Under the pieces are notes generated by a model. It searched no databases, was not told where the DNA came from, and saw only the letters and a program-made list of their open reading frames with translations. From Asterias rubens (Eukaryota), in contig NC_047064.1 of assembly GCF_902459465.1 (NCBI RefSeq), positions 16,120,001-16,184,000 on the forward strand: 64,000 bases of DNA, given 5' to 3'. Both the position numbers and the translations under genes were made by a program. The first letter of the stretch is position 1; every line of letters starts with the position of its first letter. Positions 15,301 to 30,300 of this stretch are shown piece after piece.

Positions 15301-18300
15301 TAGAAAGCTTACCTTAAAAATAATACTAGCTGAGGTGCTGGAGTCTATGAGAAATGAGTAAAACAATGTCGCGAAAATACATTTTACATAAAATAATGTT
15401 CGTCTTTAGAGGCGAAACTTATTTCTGTGAGATGTTTTACTCATTTCTCAGCAAATATTTGTTTTAATCTACCATCAATATTTTCAAACTGTGTGAGTTT
15501 GATGTAAATTGGTGGACATTGTATTGTGCTCTACAAAAAGTACCAATCACAGACCCTTTAAGAAAAGGTTCTGCTTATAAAGAGCCCATTCTGAAGTCCC
15601 GAATTTCATTTCTGCTTTGTGCTTCTTTGGTTTTGCTGTCCTCTTATAACAATGTTCCAGTTATAAAGAGGTCTTTGGCAAGTCCCAGTGACCTTGTTAT
15701 AGCGAGAGTTGACTCCAGTGAAATGAGAACAAACAACATTGTACGCTAACTTTGTAGACAACATTGTTTGGCACCAAATTGAATTTTGTAGATTTGATTT
15801 TCGTTTTGTGGTTTGAAACAGCAGGAAATCTTGTATCATGTTGCAGAACAGTATGTGTTTGTGTAGCAACTTGTGTTGTCGAAATGAAACATGATAATGT
15901 TGATTTTAAGGTAACAACACATTTTCTGAACCCTTTTTCTCCTTTATTATTGTGAAACAACTTTTTCGGAAAAAAAAACAAGAAAAAAAACTTTACCCTG
16001 CAGAGAAAATGTTATCAACAATATAATAAAAAATGAAACATAAGCTGTATTTTCAAAACTAATTTGTTTTGATCTGAACACTTCAAAATGGTGTTGAGCT
16101 TATTTTCCTGGGAAAACAGGGAAAAAACAAGTCTTTAAACGAATCGGTCTCCATTATCCAAAATTGGGATAGACGGGGAATGAGACTCGCTGACACACCA
16201 AAGCGACGCCCAAACAAGGACTATGTGCAATAAATTCTCCCTCGTTCTAACACAACTATTACAAACATCCAATGAATCCCTTAGTTGCCTGTGCTGCTCG
16301 TCAATTTTCTAGTGGATGCAGTTCATTTCCTTTGTTAATTTTCAAGGAAACCCTTTTTCTGTTACCCCCCTCTAAAAGTGTTTGTGTTATTAGAAACAAA
16401 CAATGTGTCACTAGGTTGAATGTACATTGAGGGCATATTGGTCTAAAGTCTTGTTGTGGGGGGGGGGGGGTTGTGGGACATATATTGCCCTGGTGTTTTG
16501 ACTTAGGAATGGTCCGTGCCCCCCCCCCCCCCAACACCACTGGAATATGACCAGTGTCTTTAAAAAGATGAGCACATATCACACATCACTCAAACACCTT
16601 GTACTCTCCTACTGTTAAAGCAGGAAAACCACTCATTTTGTAGACTGCCATAGCGCTCTTTTGCAAAGAAATAAACACAATGTTTCAACCACATGTCAAT
16701 TTCCTTCTTGGGAATACCATGCCCATGGACTCTCTTCTCTAATCTTTTAGTTTGCATTGAACACAAATCTTAGCTCCCTTCCAACAGACTTCCCCACTGC
16801 TCCGAAATGAATGGTTTCTGACAACCTTGTGCGGCCATGTAGGTGGTTTATTGTCACTGGCAGTATCGGTATGACCTTAAATATCAAGAATTAATGTAAC
16901 ATCTGGGTTCCCGATTTAGAAAAGACTGTGAGCAAAAAAGAATTCTCTCCAAACTTAGAAACAGTTTCCTTAGAAAAGGTTTGGTGCAGACCCCTAAGAC
17001 CCCCCCCCTTTCTGAGAAGTACACACAGATGATACATCAACACTTTATCCACAGAAAAACCAATAAATGGTGTTGCCTCGTTCAAGGTGTCTACAAGACT
17101 CAGTGATGTGTGGCCATATTGGAGATGATGTACCTCACACATTGGGTCATCTATTTCAGGCAGTACTTTCAAAGTTAATCGCAGTAGACGACTGTTACTG
17201 CAATCACAAACTGCTTCTGACATTTGCAACCACAAACATGTCCTTGATGTTGACATGTGTTGCTGTCAGTTTTTCTGTTTCTTTGTTGCTGAGAGTGAAA
17301 AGTCACCCTAAGAATTAAGGGAGGGTGTGTTACATTAGCTTTTAGGAACTTTTTCTTTCCTTCAAAACTTAAAGACACTGGACACTATTGGTATTGTCAA
17401 AGACCAGTATTCTCACTTGGTGTATCTCAACATATGTAAACAAATAACAAACCTGTGAAAATTTGAGCTCAATTGGTCGTCGAAGTTGCGAGATAATAAT
17501 GAAAGAAAAAACACCCCTGTCACACGAAGTTGTGCGCTTTTAGATGCTTGATTTCAAGACCTCAAAATCTAATTCTGAGGTCCCAAAATCAAATGCCTGG
17601 AAAATTTCTTCTTTCTTGAAAACTATGTTACTTTAGACTAGAGGGAGCTGTTTCTCACAACGTTTTGTACTATCAACAGCTCCCCATAACTCGTTACCAA
17701 GTAAGTTTTTATGCTAATAATTATTTTGAGTAATTACCAATAGTGTCCACTGCCTTTAATAATAATCGGTTTGTGTATAACGCTTTACAATACCCGAAGG
17801 GCGTCTCAAAGCACTTCCAACAGTATTACCCCTGGTCATTGGGCTATTTTATTTATTCCTTAAACCATCTGAGCTCCTTGGGGAGTATAAAGTTGATTGA
17901 ATTGTTACCTTTGACCTTTGTGAATCTTTTGAATTTTGGCCTTTTGTCCTTGTTTCAGTTGACAATGTATGACAAAATTACAAGAACAAGTAACTGTTTT
18001 GTGCACAGTCTGATAATATGATAACCTTTGGACTAATTTCTTTTCAGTTTTACCCAGATTTGAGGTACTAATTGACCCACCCAGCTACATAGCAGATGTA
18101 ACCAAGTGTACAACAGCCGTAGTTAAAGCAAGGTAAGAAATAAAGGTGCCTTTCGCATTTTTTTTCTATAACTTTTTCCCCTCTTGGTTGTTATTATAAT
18201 GCTTAAATATCTCTTACATGTTTACAATAATATTTCAAAAATATTTGTCTTATTGAGATTATTGGAGAAGATCATATATTTTTTAGGATTGTCACTGATT

Positions 18301-21300
18301 TTTTGTTCACTAAAAGTGAGGTTTTAAGCAAATTTGTTGCTGTTTTTAAGGCTTTAGTGGCCTTTAAGTTGATTTGTAACTGATATTACTTTATTCTACC
18401 TAAAGTGTGCAAAGGTCACTGAGCAGTGAAGTCCATAAAAGATGATTTATACAAAACAGGTTTGACCAGTTCGTTTTTTGTTGGTATACAACAAGACTCC
18501 TGTAAAGTTGAAGGAGAAAGCATGCCTGATACTTCACACTGAGCCAACGAAGATCATTGCAGTGGTGCCCTTGAAACACTTCAGTAGAAATTGACAATTT
18601 CCTCATAGGGTGCCCTTTCAAGGATAAAATTCCTTGGTGCCCTTGCCCTTTCAGGAACGAAGCATACTGGCCTGAAAAATGCTTATAAAGTTTGCTTATA
18701 GTTGAAACTTACACAGCTTTTTATCTTTTGAAAAAATACCCCTATTATATAAAAGCGACATTACCCCAAATGGTGTTGTTCTAACAATGATTTATAATAT
18801 CAACAACTCTCGACCAGTGCTCTTTTACCAAGTAATTACAAAAATCTTTACCATCCATTTAAAATGGGAAAACCAAACCCAAGATGAGTTGCCAGTGATG
18901 TGGCGATGGGTATAAACTAATGATGGATATATCACATACATAATCCCATCCTGATGTCTTTATCAGTTTGCACTTTGGTTCTAAATCTCTCCTATCATAT
19001 CATCCAGTGTATATGGATTTGTAATTTATCTCTAATCATACAAAAACCTGGGATGCATCTGTCAACGACTGCATTCAAAGACATAAAAGGGAATAAAAGA
19101 AGGTCTCTTAGTGATCCGAGACAGACGTTGAACATTGATCTTGAAAAGGTCTCGCAAAGTTCAAAGCTGTTTGGTTGCCCCTGGTTGAGTTCATTGTGTT
19201 GGACCCAATGGGACTCTCAGTTGTTGTCCCCCACCCATAACCCTGTGTTGTCTTTGTCTCTTGCGTGGATTGCTCCAGGGACAGGCAACATTTATGTAAT
19301 TGTTTGTACATCTTGAAAGAGGGTTTTCAGACGTGTCCAGTTTTATTGGCTAAGCAATTGATTTTTTTTGTGCAAGTTGGTGTCCCTCCCCTCCCACTTA
19401 TAATGCTTGGTCAAATCACTGCGGTCACCTGATTAAGAACAAACAGACTTTTAAAAAAACAGACATTATTTAGTGACAAGTTATTTTTAATCAAATTGCA
19501 AATCTTAATTCAATGTCGCTTGTTCTAGCATCCACCTAAAACATGGTAGTACCTGAGTGGTCTTTTATTTTTATGGAAGTAATTCCTGATGATCCACAGC
19601 TCCATGGTTGATCAGAGCAGGAACAGTGTTGGGTATGAATAGGGTCTGGCTCTGGCAAGGCTGTTGCTCTTTGCTCGTGTTATCGTGGAGTGAGAAATGC
19701 CAACAAAAAAATGTATAGTTAGCAACAAGGCATATTTGAGACCAACTTAAGAACTGACTCTGCGATCCTACAAGCTGAAGTAGTAGTCCCAGCCTATTTT
19801 CTAGACCATCTTCCCGAATCCCGGGTAATAGTTAAAAAGCAGGACAGTTCTTTTTAGAACTGAGAAGTGTCCTGAACACCCGATAAATCTACTCCGCGGC
19901 AGTAGTTGAAAAAAGGACAGTTCTACCTGGCAAGAAGATACACACATGGTGTTACCGCAAACCAAACATATATAAGGCATATTTCAAGGCACCCAATGTT
20001 TGTAGATTGTGGCTTCGGTTCTGGCTTTGGCTGAAGCTTCCAGTATGGCTTTGGCTTTGGCTCTCTGTCATCTAGAAGCCCTTTCAAATACACACAAATA
20101 TAACTTCAAATTGTCTTGCTGATGGTGTAAGGGGCGAGGGGGGGGGGGGGGGCAGAGCTGCTATTTCATTGGCTATGGCTACACAGTTGTTCATTGCCAA
20201 CAGCTCTATATACAGCCCATTATAGGGTCTTCCTAGTTTATGCTCTGTTTTAGTACTTTTGATACTTAAGTAGACCACATCCTTTTGGGGGTTTAAAATG
20301 ATGGGCCAATATGCCCCATCCGAGCGCACCTGTCCCAAGCATCTTGGAAAGCATCAATTATTCTGAGATGACAGCCAGGGGCATGTGGAGTTCCTTGGAA
20401 CAGTTCCCTCAAGGACAGAGGGGGGGGGGGGGGGGGGACTCCTATTCCCTTCATCATGTTTTTTTATACATGGTTCTTTTATTAGTTTCTGTGTATTCAA
20501 TGTGGGTCATTAGACTATTATTGGATTTAATCAAGGTGACCTTTATGGAGGTGCACACAGCTTGAAATGGTGCCCCAGTTTATTATATGTACTTTTTTTG
20601 TCGAAACAGAAGAAGTAACTGTTTATCTTTTTCGCTCTTGTTGCAGATTGGTCACCCTTTTTAAGGCAAATGTACTTCATGTGATAACAAGAAAAGGAAG
20701 ATTTGTTTTCTTTGTAAATGTTGATCACAACAACTGGAGATGTATTGTGTGTTTGAAATAATAAATCAGAGTCCAATCTTGTGTTGCTAAATATTTTGTT
20801 GCATATAGGAATGTGACGCCCAATGCCAACTTCAAAACTGGGTTTATTTGCGGTGAATTCTTAAACATGCTGTTTTTTTACATTTTCAAGAAAACTGATA
20901 TTGTGGTATTTGTTTGCTTTTTTTCCAGATACGTATTTGGAAAGCCAGTGAGGGGGAAAGTTTCCATCAATATGAACCTGCATGGCCTCGGTTACTACAG
21001 CGAATACATTGGACAAAATAACTACATGTTCATGGATGTAAGTAACAATGTTCTCAGTTAGTTTCCCTTCTGGTTTATTTCTTGATATTTGAAAAAAAAA
21101 GTTGCAATGTGCTTAAAGGGGCATGTTGCTTTGCATTGGGCGCTTTTCGCCATTAAAAGCCTTTTTATTAATTGAGTATGGTTAGAAGATGTTTTAAAAA
21201 TATGATCCATACAAATGGCCCCAAATTGTGTGGTTTTCCTGTTACTTCATGAACTGAAATGGGCCGCCATTTTTTTGAGTTAAAAATTTGGTTCAACAAT

Positions 21301-24300
21301 ATGGTAGACCTTGTTCTTAGTTTAATAAATAAAAAAGAAAAACACACAGTTTCAAGGCATAATATTAAAGTGGATCATTATTTTCTACGTTTCATGTCTT
21401 CCCACCCATAACAAGAAACAAATTTTAAGAGCCCAAGTCGTCCAATCCAAGGCAACGTGTTCCTTGAAGGTGATCCCTCTACTGCCGCTTCAATTACAAA
21501 AGACTCGGCAGCTCCATACAAAATTGACAATATATAGGGGAGACGGCCAATATAGTTTGTCTCAGAATTAGGGGCTCGATTTATATTCTTTCTCTGAAAA
21601 CTGTGTAAACTTTAAAAAGTTTTGTCGTTCATAATTTGGGAATTATTTTTGATAACACACTGTCCATGGATAAACATGTCAGCAGAATCTGTCAATCGAC
21701 ATATCATTACTTAAGAACTGTAAATACCATTCGGAAAACCTTATCACATAAAACTGCTGCTACTATCATCCATTCTTTGGTCACTTCTCGCCTTGACAAT
21801 GGTAATTCACTATTATACGGAGTTACATAACACCAGCTTCACAAACTACAACTTTTACAAAATGCTGCGGCTCGTGTTTTAACAAAATCTAAAAAACATG
21901 ATCATATTACACCTATATTGCAGGAACTTCACTGGCTTTCCATTCGACAACGGATTCAATTCAAATTTCTACTTTTTGCATTTAAATCTCAGATCGGCTT
22001 GACTCCGTCCTATATTGCAAATCTCCTTGTACCTTATGCCCCCTCTCGCACTCTTCGTTCTTCTGCTAAGTCCTTTTTAAATATACCTAGAACTTCCTCA
22101 TCGTATGGCGATCGTGCCTTTTCGGCTTGTGCTTCTTAACTTTGGAACGCTTTACCTAATAACATCAGGTGCTGTAGTTCTCTTCCATTGTTTAAAAACT
22201 TGCTGAAAACTCATTTATTTAAATCCTTTTACACTTAGCTCATTACATGTCTTGACAGTAGATTATTCATTGTATAATTTTTTATTATGTTCTACATTTC
22301 TTTTTTGTTGTATGTATTGTTTTTTGTTCTGCGCCTCGGAATAGGGTCTTGTACACTAGATAGATGGCGCATTATAAATGCATTATTATTATTATTATTA
22401 TTATAATTTTTTTCTTTTTTTCTTAGATTGATGGCATTGCCAGATTCAACATCTGTATAAGTGACCTGATCACCTCACCTTTGGGCGACCATTTCCGTGG
22501 TGTGGTACGCATCGAGGCGAGTGTTACAAGTGATGATGGCAACGTCTTCGTGGCCTTGGACGAGTCTTGCCTCGTCAAGAAGCAGCTTATCTCTCTGGAG
22601 TTCTCCAAAGACTCCAGGAAACACTACAAGCCTGGGCTTCCCTATTATGGAAAGGTGAGTTTGTTTCCCAGCCAGCTTTACGCCCCCATCCAGCATTACG
22701 CCCCCTGGCAAGACCTGGCAAACAGGACTGGCCCAGGCCTGGCATGATACAACTTGCCCACCCTTGGCCAGCCCAGGTGCCCCTTAGTCAGCCCGGGTGC
22801 CCCTTAGCCAGCCCTGGACCAGCCCTGTTAATTCTCACTCGGGCCAGGGGTGGGCCAGGGCTGGCTTGATTTGTCTGTGTAGGGATGGTTCACAGCTGGC
22901 AGCAGGTTGGTCCAAGACTGGTAGCTGGTTGTTTGTTTGTTTGTTTGTTTCATTTCCATTAATACAATCATACATACAGATACGTAATGAATAAATGGTC
23001 AGTACAAAATGTATGAGAGAGGGTGACATCCAGAGAAGGACTGGCCTTCTGTAGTGGAGCACCCGAGACTGCGGTCAGATAAGTCAATTTTGAATAATAC
23101 AAGCAATGAGTTTCCAGAATTATAAAAGTATTAGTTCGAAAATAAAGTTAGCACATTGTACATTGTTAAAATAAACATGTAAAAAAGAAAGATACTTAAT
23201 GTCCTGCTGAATGTAGGCATGAGTAGCAGTTGAGATTAGTGCAAACATAATCATTGTAATATTTTAGAGTTCCTTGAGGTGTTTAAAGGCAGTGGACACT
23301 ATTGGTATTTACTCAAAATAATTATTAGCATAAAACCTTACTTGTAACGAGTAATATGGAGAGGTTGATAGTATAAAACATTGTGAGGAACGGTACCATC
23401 TGAAGTGAGTTAGTTTTCGAGAAAGAAGTAATTTTCCACGAATTTGATTTCGAGACCTCAAATTTAGAACTTGAGGTCTCGAAATCAAGCATCTGAAAGC
23501 ACACAACTTCGTATGACAAGGGTGTTTTTTTCTTTCATTGTTATCTCGCAACTTTGATGACCAATTGAGCTCAAATTTTCACAGGTTTGTTATTTTATGC
23601 ATATGTTGAGACACACCAAGTGAGAAGACTTGTCTTTGACAATTACCAATAGTGTCCAGTGTCTTTAACAAAGATCTGTGTGTATGAACTAACCAGGATG
23701 AACTAACCAGAAGAAGTCTAAGGTGATTTTCTACTCCATGAGTGGGGCCTATAATGCCAAGCTTTCCTGTTCCCCAAACCTCAGTCAACCTGGCAATCAT
23801 ATTAATATAAATAGAATAATCCAGTCAGTAAATAATCTCTATCAGATAATAAACCACTAATAATCTCTACTTATTAGTTATGGGCTTTTTTTGTAACAAC
23901 TCAATGTTTGGCTATAGTATTAAGTCGGCTCTTCATTGATGGTTGTGCAAACCTGTGTTTTGACCCCTTGCTCAAAAGTCACACGCGACTTCTGTCTGGC
24001 TGCCTCGGTTCGCCTATAGTCAAACTTAATGCTGTGTCACCTAAAATGCACACTACACTAAGTAACACACAGGCAGGCCTGTATGCTTCGTTTTTTAAAG
24101 GGCAAGGACACCAAGGCATTTTCTCCTTGTAAAGGGCACCCTATGAGAAAATTGTAAAATTCTACTGGAGCATTTCAAGGGCACCAAGGCAATGACCATG
24201 AGGCATGGAGGCAAACGCCTTCATTGCCCGCATGAAGTTTCAGGACTTCCACAGGGGCATTGGCTCCCAAAATGACACTACCCAGATTTTTTTCTAGATG

Positions 24301-27300
24301 TTAAAGATGTCAGGTGAATTGGTTCAAAATTGTTAGTTATAAAAATAACTATTTGATGGTGTGAATATATTTGCATACTTCGTCCACAGGTTAATGCAAA
24401 CGGTGTAAACTTAACAATACAAAATAATGCAAATAATAATGCAATAATGCAAAATGACAGTTACTTGCCCTCTCAAAACTCAAATTCCAGGCCTTAAAGG
24501 CATTGGACACTATTGGTATTAAAATGGCTCAAAGTGATTGTTAGCATAAAAAGTTACTTGGTAACAAGCAATGGAGAGCTGCTGATAGTATAAAACATTG
24601 AGAGAAACGGTTCCCTCTGAAGTAACGTAGTTTTCGAGAAGGAAGTAATTTTCCGCGAGTTTGATTGCGAGACCACAGAATTAGATATTGAGGTCCTGAC
24701 ATCAAGCATCTCAAATTAAGCACACACCACTTTGTGTGACAAGGGTGTTTTTTCTTCACTTACTATTATCTCGCAACTTCGATGACAGGTTAGTTATTTT
24801 GTGCATTATGTTGAGATACACCAAGTGAGAAGACTGGTCTTTGACAGTTACCAAACATGTCCAGTGTCTTTAATCTTTTAACCTTATCTTGTGTTTAGGT
24901 TCTACTCTCCTACCCGGATGGAAGTCCAGCAGACAACATCACTGTGGAGATCAAAGCTGAAGTTCGACAAGATCCAGTGTTTACCCAGACCCTTGTCTCT
25001 AAGATGGGTGTGGGAGACTTCATCATTCCATCACTCCCACCAGTCTCTGGACACATCTGGATCAATGTGAGTAAACACTGTATCCGTTATCCCCGTGGCA
25101 TACAGCCCCGGGAGCCCCTGGGAGTTAGTTGTTACCCCATTACTCCGTCTCGCACCCTCACACTGTCCCCGCCTATAGGTCCCTATTCCACTCCAGAGCA
25201 GAGGTTGCTATTCCCTGAACTGACATTAGATCAGGGGTAAAGCCCCCTCGGGAACAGAGTATGAAAAGGGCTTGTTCAGAAGATGCTTGAAATCTACCTG
25301 TAAAGTGATTTTATACTTCACAATATTATCTTTGTGGGTAAGGGGAATCCTTGTACACCCCTGTGTGCTGAGAAGCAATTGGAACATTCAGTGCAGAACG
25401 GCTGTGCTTGAAATCTACCTGTAAAGTGATTAATTGCACACTATCTTTGGGGTTAAGGTGTGTTCTTTTTAAACACCTGCATGGAGAGGAGAAGCAAAAG
25501 TCACTTGCTCAAAGACAAAAAGTGTCACAACTGGGATTTGAACCTATACATGGTGTACTGGACTGCTTGGCCCTGCCTAACACTTCATTTTACTTTCTTT
25601 ATATTTGTTTCCCACCAGGCAAAGGTTAAAGCCATTGACGGTGAAGATGCTGCAGACACTTATTTCTCAAGCTATCTGTCTCTAGGAAGCTGGTACTCTC
25701 CAAGTAAATGTCATCTTCTACTTCATACCCTTCAAGACAATCTGAAGGTAAGGGTCTTTCAAACTTTATGCAACTGTCGTCATGTTTGAAATCCAGAAGC
25801 TCTGCAGATCTGTAGAGCTGTGTTTAGAGACCAGCTGCAGTCCATTTTACAATACTCTAGGATTAATCCTATCATATTAGTTTTCGTTATTATTATTATT
25901 ATTATTACTATTATATCGAGTTAGGGTGTACTCGTCTTAATACTTAGGATGGGTTCAATGCGTCCTAACGTCTATGGATACAAATTGAACTCATCCTAAG
26001 TCATAAGATTAATCCTAAGTTAGGAAGAGTTTGGTGAAATCGACGGCATTTATGGCCCAATTTTATAATGCCTGTGTATTAAGCATGCAAACTTGCTTAT
26101 CACAAAAGCAACTTTTGCTTAGCAAAAATAGTTTACCATGTAGAACACCAGACAGATACCATTGCCACGACTGGTACCTTGGTCATTTCTTGCTAAGCCA
26201 AGAAATTTGCTAAGCAGAGTTTTCTGCCTGTTACAAGATGATGAGGTGCAATCTGCAGCCAACCATGTAAGGAACATTTGAGAAAACCTTTTTTCTTAAT
26301 GATAAGTGTACCAGGTTCTTTAATAAGGGAATCAATGTGTGGTGTGAGGTTTTCAACTAGTGGTTTAATCCCAACGAGACGAAGTCAAGGTAAATTATCA
26401 AGAACCAGGCCTCGACGGGTTTAAACCACTAGACTAGTTGAAAACCGATTCAACACACTTTGATTCCCATTCATAAATACCTTTTCGGTCAAAAACATCA
26501 ACACTTTTTGGTCAAAAAGTAAAATAAATGCAAAAATTATAATTGTTCAATGATTTCTTTCAACACAACACCCCTCCAGCTATGAAATGGTGAAGCCCTC
26601 CGCCACCCTCGGGTAAATAACTCCTTATAAGGGAATACTGTGCGCAGTGATGTGGCATACGTAACTGTTTCAGCCGTTGCTCTCGACCAATAGGAATGAA
26701 GAAACTGTCTTATAATCACAGGTGCAAGCTCGCGTGTCACGCCCATGTTTCAACACTTTTTACTGGTCATAAACAAAGGTTTATACACACCCACGTGACG
26801 CGCTCTCCACCAATATGTAGGAATAGCGAAACTGTCTGAGGTATTTATGAATGTGCTTTACTCAACACATATGGGACAACAGCTTTACACCTCATGCGGA
26901 TGCAAGAGCAAGTGTGCTGCTTGACGACACAAATGCGATAAGTGTGTGACCTTAACCCACACTTTGACACTGAACTCGACTGGTCTTAAAATCTCCTGTT
27001 TTTAATAAGCTATAGATTTAATGAATGGTTAACTTTGTTTCAAGCTAAAAATGTTGCTGATGCCAATCGTTTTGTATCTGGTAGGTTGGAGACAACGCCA
27101 TTATTGGGGTACACTCAACGTGTCCGTGTAACTTCACCATGCATTATGAAGTGATGGCAAGGGGTAATATAGTCACGTCTGGTCTGCACGATGCCATGCT
27201 CCGCAGCAGCAGCGGCCGTAATGACGGAAGCCGAAGGAGACGTTTTAGTACTCACCAAATCATCGATCGGTTCATGGCAAAACAAGGTAATCAATGAGCC

Positions 27301-30300
27301 ATACAAAACTTGCTTTCTGAACATACATTATAGAGCAGTTTAAGCAAGCAAAAATTAGATAAACACAACAAAGTTTTTCTTATGAGTATAAGGTTACCCG
27401 CCACGGTACCACGTCACATGTTTAATCTGTGACTTGTATTCTGCATATTTCCTGCTTAGAAGAACATGTTTAAGCAATTTTTTTTAAGCAGCTCTATGAA
27501 ATAAGGACATGATCAAGAGCTTAATCAATGCTTTAAATCTGTTAAAACCCCAAGTTTGTTACCATCTTTGGTTCAAAACTTAGGATTACTAAAAGTAGAA
27601 ACACTAAGAAATATACGAGAGATTTTAAGAGAGAACAAACAAATAGTTTCTTTCAATGATAAATTTAAACTTTTTTGATGTTGTTTAATCAGTAAGGAAG
27701 TGGCCAATATAAAATAAGATTATGTTTTAAATAAAACAAAAATGCTTTTGAAAATTTCACCCTGTTTTTGGCTTTTTGTTTCTCACATACTGATAATTTC
27801 GACAACCGACCCATTTAGCTTGATCACATCAGATATTTTAAAACCATTTTTATGCTATTTATCAGTAAGGAAGTTCCTAATATAAAAAAGATATGTTTTG
27901 GTATTTAAATTGTATAAAATTCTGTTGAAAATTTCACCCATGATGGCAATTTTTTTTGACAAACGAGTCATAGCCTGATCACATAAAAACTATGTCTTTC
28001 CTTCTATGTTCTTAGCGGATAGTGAAACGGACAGCCAAAGTTGCCGAACCACCTTTCAGTTTGAGGTGACCCATGCCATGGCTCCACTGAGCCACCTGTT
28101 GGTCTTCTACGTCAGAGACAGTACTGAGGGTGTGGCTGACACTATGGTCATCCCTGTGGAGCCAAAGTTTGAAAATGAGGTGAGAAACCATAATTTTTTT
28201 ATGAGAGTCCAAAGTTTTTCATTACTACATTCTTATTTCTTTTTAGTTTCTTTTTTATTATTTTTTATTTGATGATACCTGTTAGTTATAGTGGCCGTTA
28301 ACCGCTGTTGGTTATCAATAAATAATAATAAAAATAAAATAAAAAAGGTGCTTAATCAGTAACTATTGCTTTTACTGCATAGCAAACAAAATCAGGATAC
28401 CAGTCACATATGGTATGTGGCATTCTATTTTGGCTGCTAACCTTTGTCTGCTAAGCATACTTTTGATATGCTTAGTTACATGTTGTGCTTCTGATAGCTT
28501 CTTTAGCACAAAAAGTAACTATACGCATAACTTTCAACAAGTAATAATTTAAGGGGAGCTTTCTACCACCATTTTCTTTAAACAAAGTCAGTTTAATGTC
28601 AATCTGTGGACGTTTGTGTTTTGTGTCATGCAAAAAGTACCAAAACCTTTTAAATTATTGACTTTGTAAAAATTCAAAAACAATCTTTCCAAAATGTCTA
28701 GGCCTTTTTATATTTATGTTTTTGAAGCTTTACTTGGTATGGACCATAAGCAAAACTAAAGTGGTGACGTTGCAGGCAGGTATAGTTAAATAGAAGAGCA
28801 AAGTATACTTTTCGAAAAAACAAGAACACACACTGGTTTTTCTTAGAACTAACACTTCTCCCCTACAAAGGTTTTTAGTATGTGAGTGTTTACCTCCTGA
28901 AACATGTGCCGTCAGTTACATGCACTTCGTCAAAAGACACATTGAAGAAGAGGCTCATGGTTTTTTGAGTAAATCAGAGGAAATCTTCACCTAGAAAAAG
29001 TTTAGCCTTATCTTAATAAGTCAGAAACCACATTGATGATACCCTGGTGTTTCTTGGAAGTCTGTGTGTGGAACGGATTGGGGGCCAATTTCCTGCTTAC
29101 ACCGAGCTGTTCTCTGGGGTATTGAGGTTTTACTCTTTTATGACTTGAGGAGGTTTTTAACAACATTTTGAGATCTTGTAAGTTTAGAGTTGTGGTGAAA
29201 GAACCAGATAAAAATGGGGTGAGAAAGTCTAAAATCTGTACTCCCAGGTCAAAATTCCAGTGGAACCTAGTTAACTGGGGTCAACTGGTTCAACTGGATA
29301 GTGACCAAACTCGTCCATTTTCCATATGAACCAACTGGTTTGGACTAGGTTTATCTGTGTTCAACTAGGTTGAAATTATAAACCAGTTGGTTTCTGTCCA
29401 TTTTCCATATTAAACCAACTGGTTTTAACTGTGTTTAACTAGTTTATCAACTGGTTTTCAACTAGTTCCAGTTAAACCCAGTTTAACTAGGTTCAACTGG
29501 AATTTTGACCTGGGCTAAAAGCATGAATATTGGGTATATATTAGGGCCAGTTCTTGTACTCAACAGAACAGATATTCCTGAATATCAAGGGTTTTAATTT
29601 TTTGTTTTACGCTAGCAGGGACAGTTAGGCTACAATTGTTCTTTCAGAAATTTGTCAGCTTTTTCACTGGTTCATAATTCATTTTAAATTTGGGATGATT
29701 TGCAACATTGAACTAGCCAGCTGGACCGCTTGAAGAGATTTTAACTGGTTCTGAGGTTTAACTGATGTTAAATTTGCATCGGGATAAAAAATATATTTCA
29801 TTTTGGTTGTACCCTTGTGTACTAAGTACTTTCCCGAGTTCCGTGAACAAATCACAGGCATATTACTAGGGTTGGATTTGAACCAATGACCTTTGTAATT
29901 CGAGAGCAGTGTCTTACCAAGTTGGGTCCTGGCTTGTTTTAACTAGCATTTGTTCAAAATATAGTTGGTATTTTGTGAAGCTTCAATTGCTAAGAAAATT
30001 CAGAATCTAATTGTCTTTATCTCGATAGATATTTTATATCCTTCAATTCAGCCTAGTACTCTGATTGTCAAAATGAAGCATTTAAGTATTAACCAGGCCT
30101 ACATAATTTAGTTCTAAGAGGTAAATTGCACTGGCAATGTGTAATTACGCACGTGACATAGTTCCAGTCTTTACAAGTACTCATCTAGTTAAGCTGCTTC
30201 ATATACTAAAGGATGAACTATAACCAAAGCTACAAACTATTGATGTTGTTCTGTTTTCCTGTGGAAACCCAGGTCAAAATTCCAGTTGAACCTAGTTAAC

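Noticed and set aside
22567-22869. GC-rich 100-aa ORF overlapping exon 10
   Set aside because: An off-frame read of exon 10 running into a ccagg/ccctgg-rich repeat after the donor.
23309-23551. Recurring small ORFs (MRDNNERK..., also 36497, 45719, 48059, 9130)
   Set aside because: Chance frames of the family A MITE consensus; no transposase motifs.
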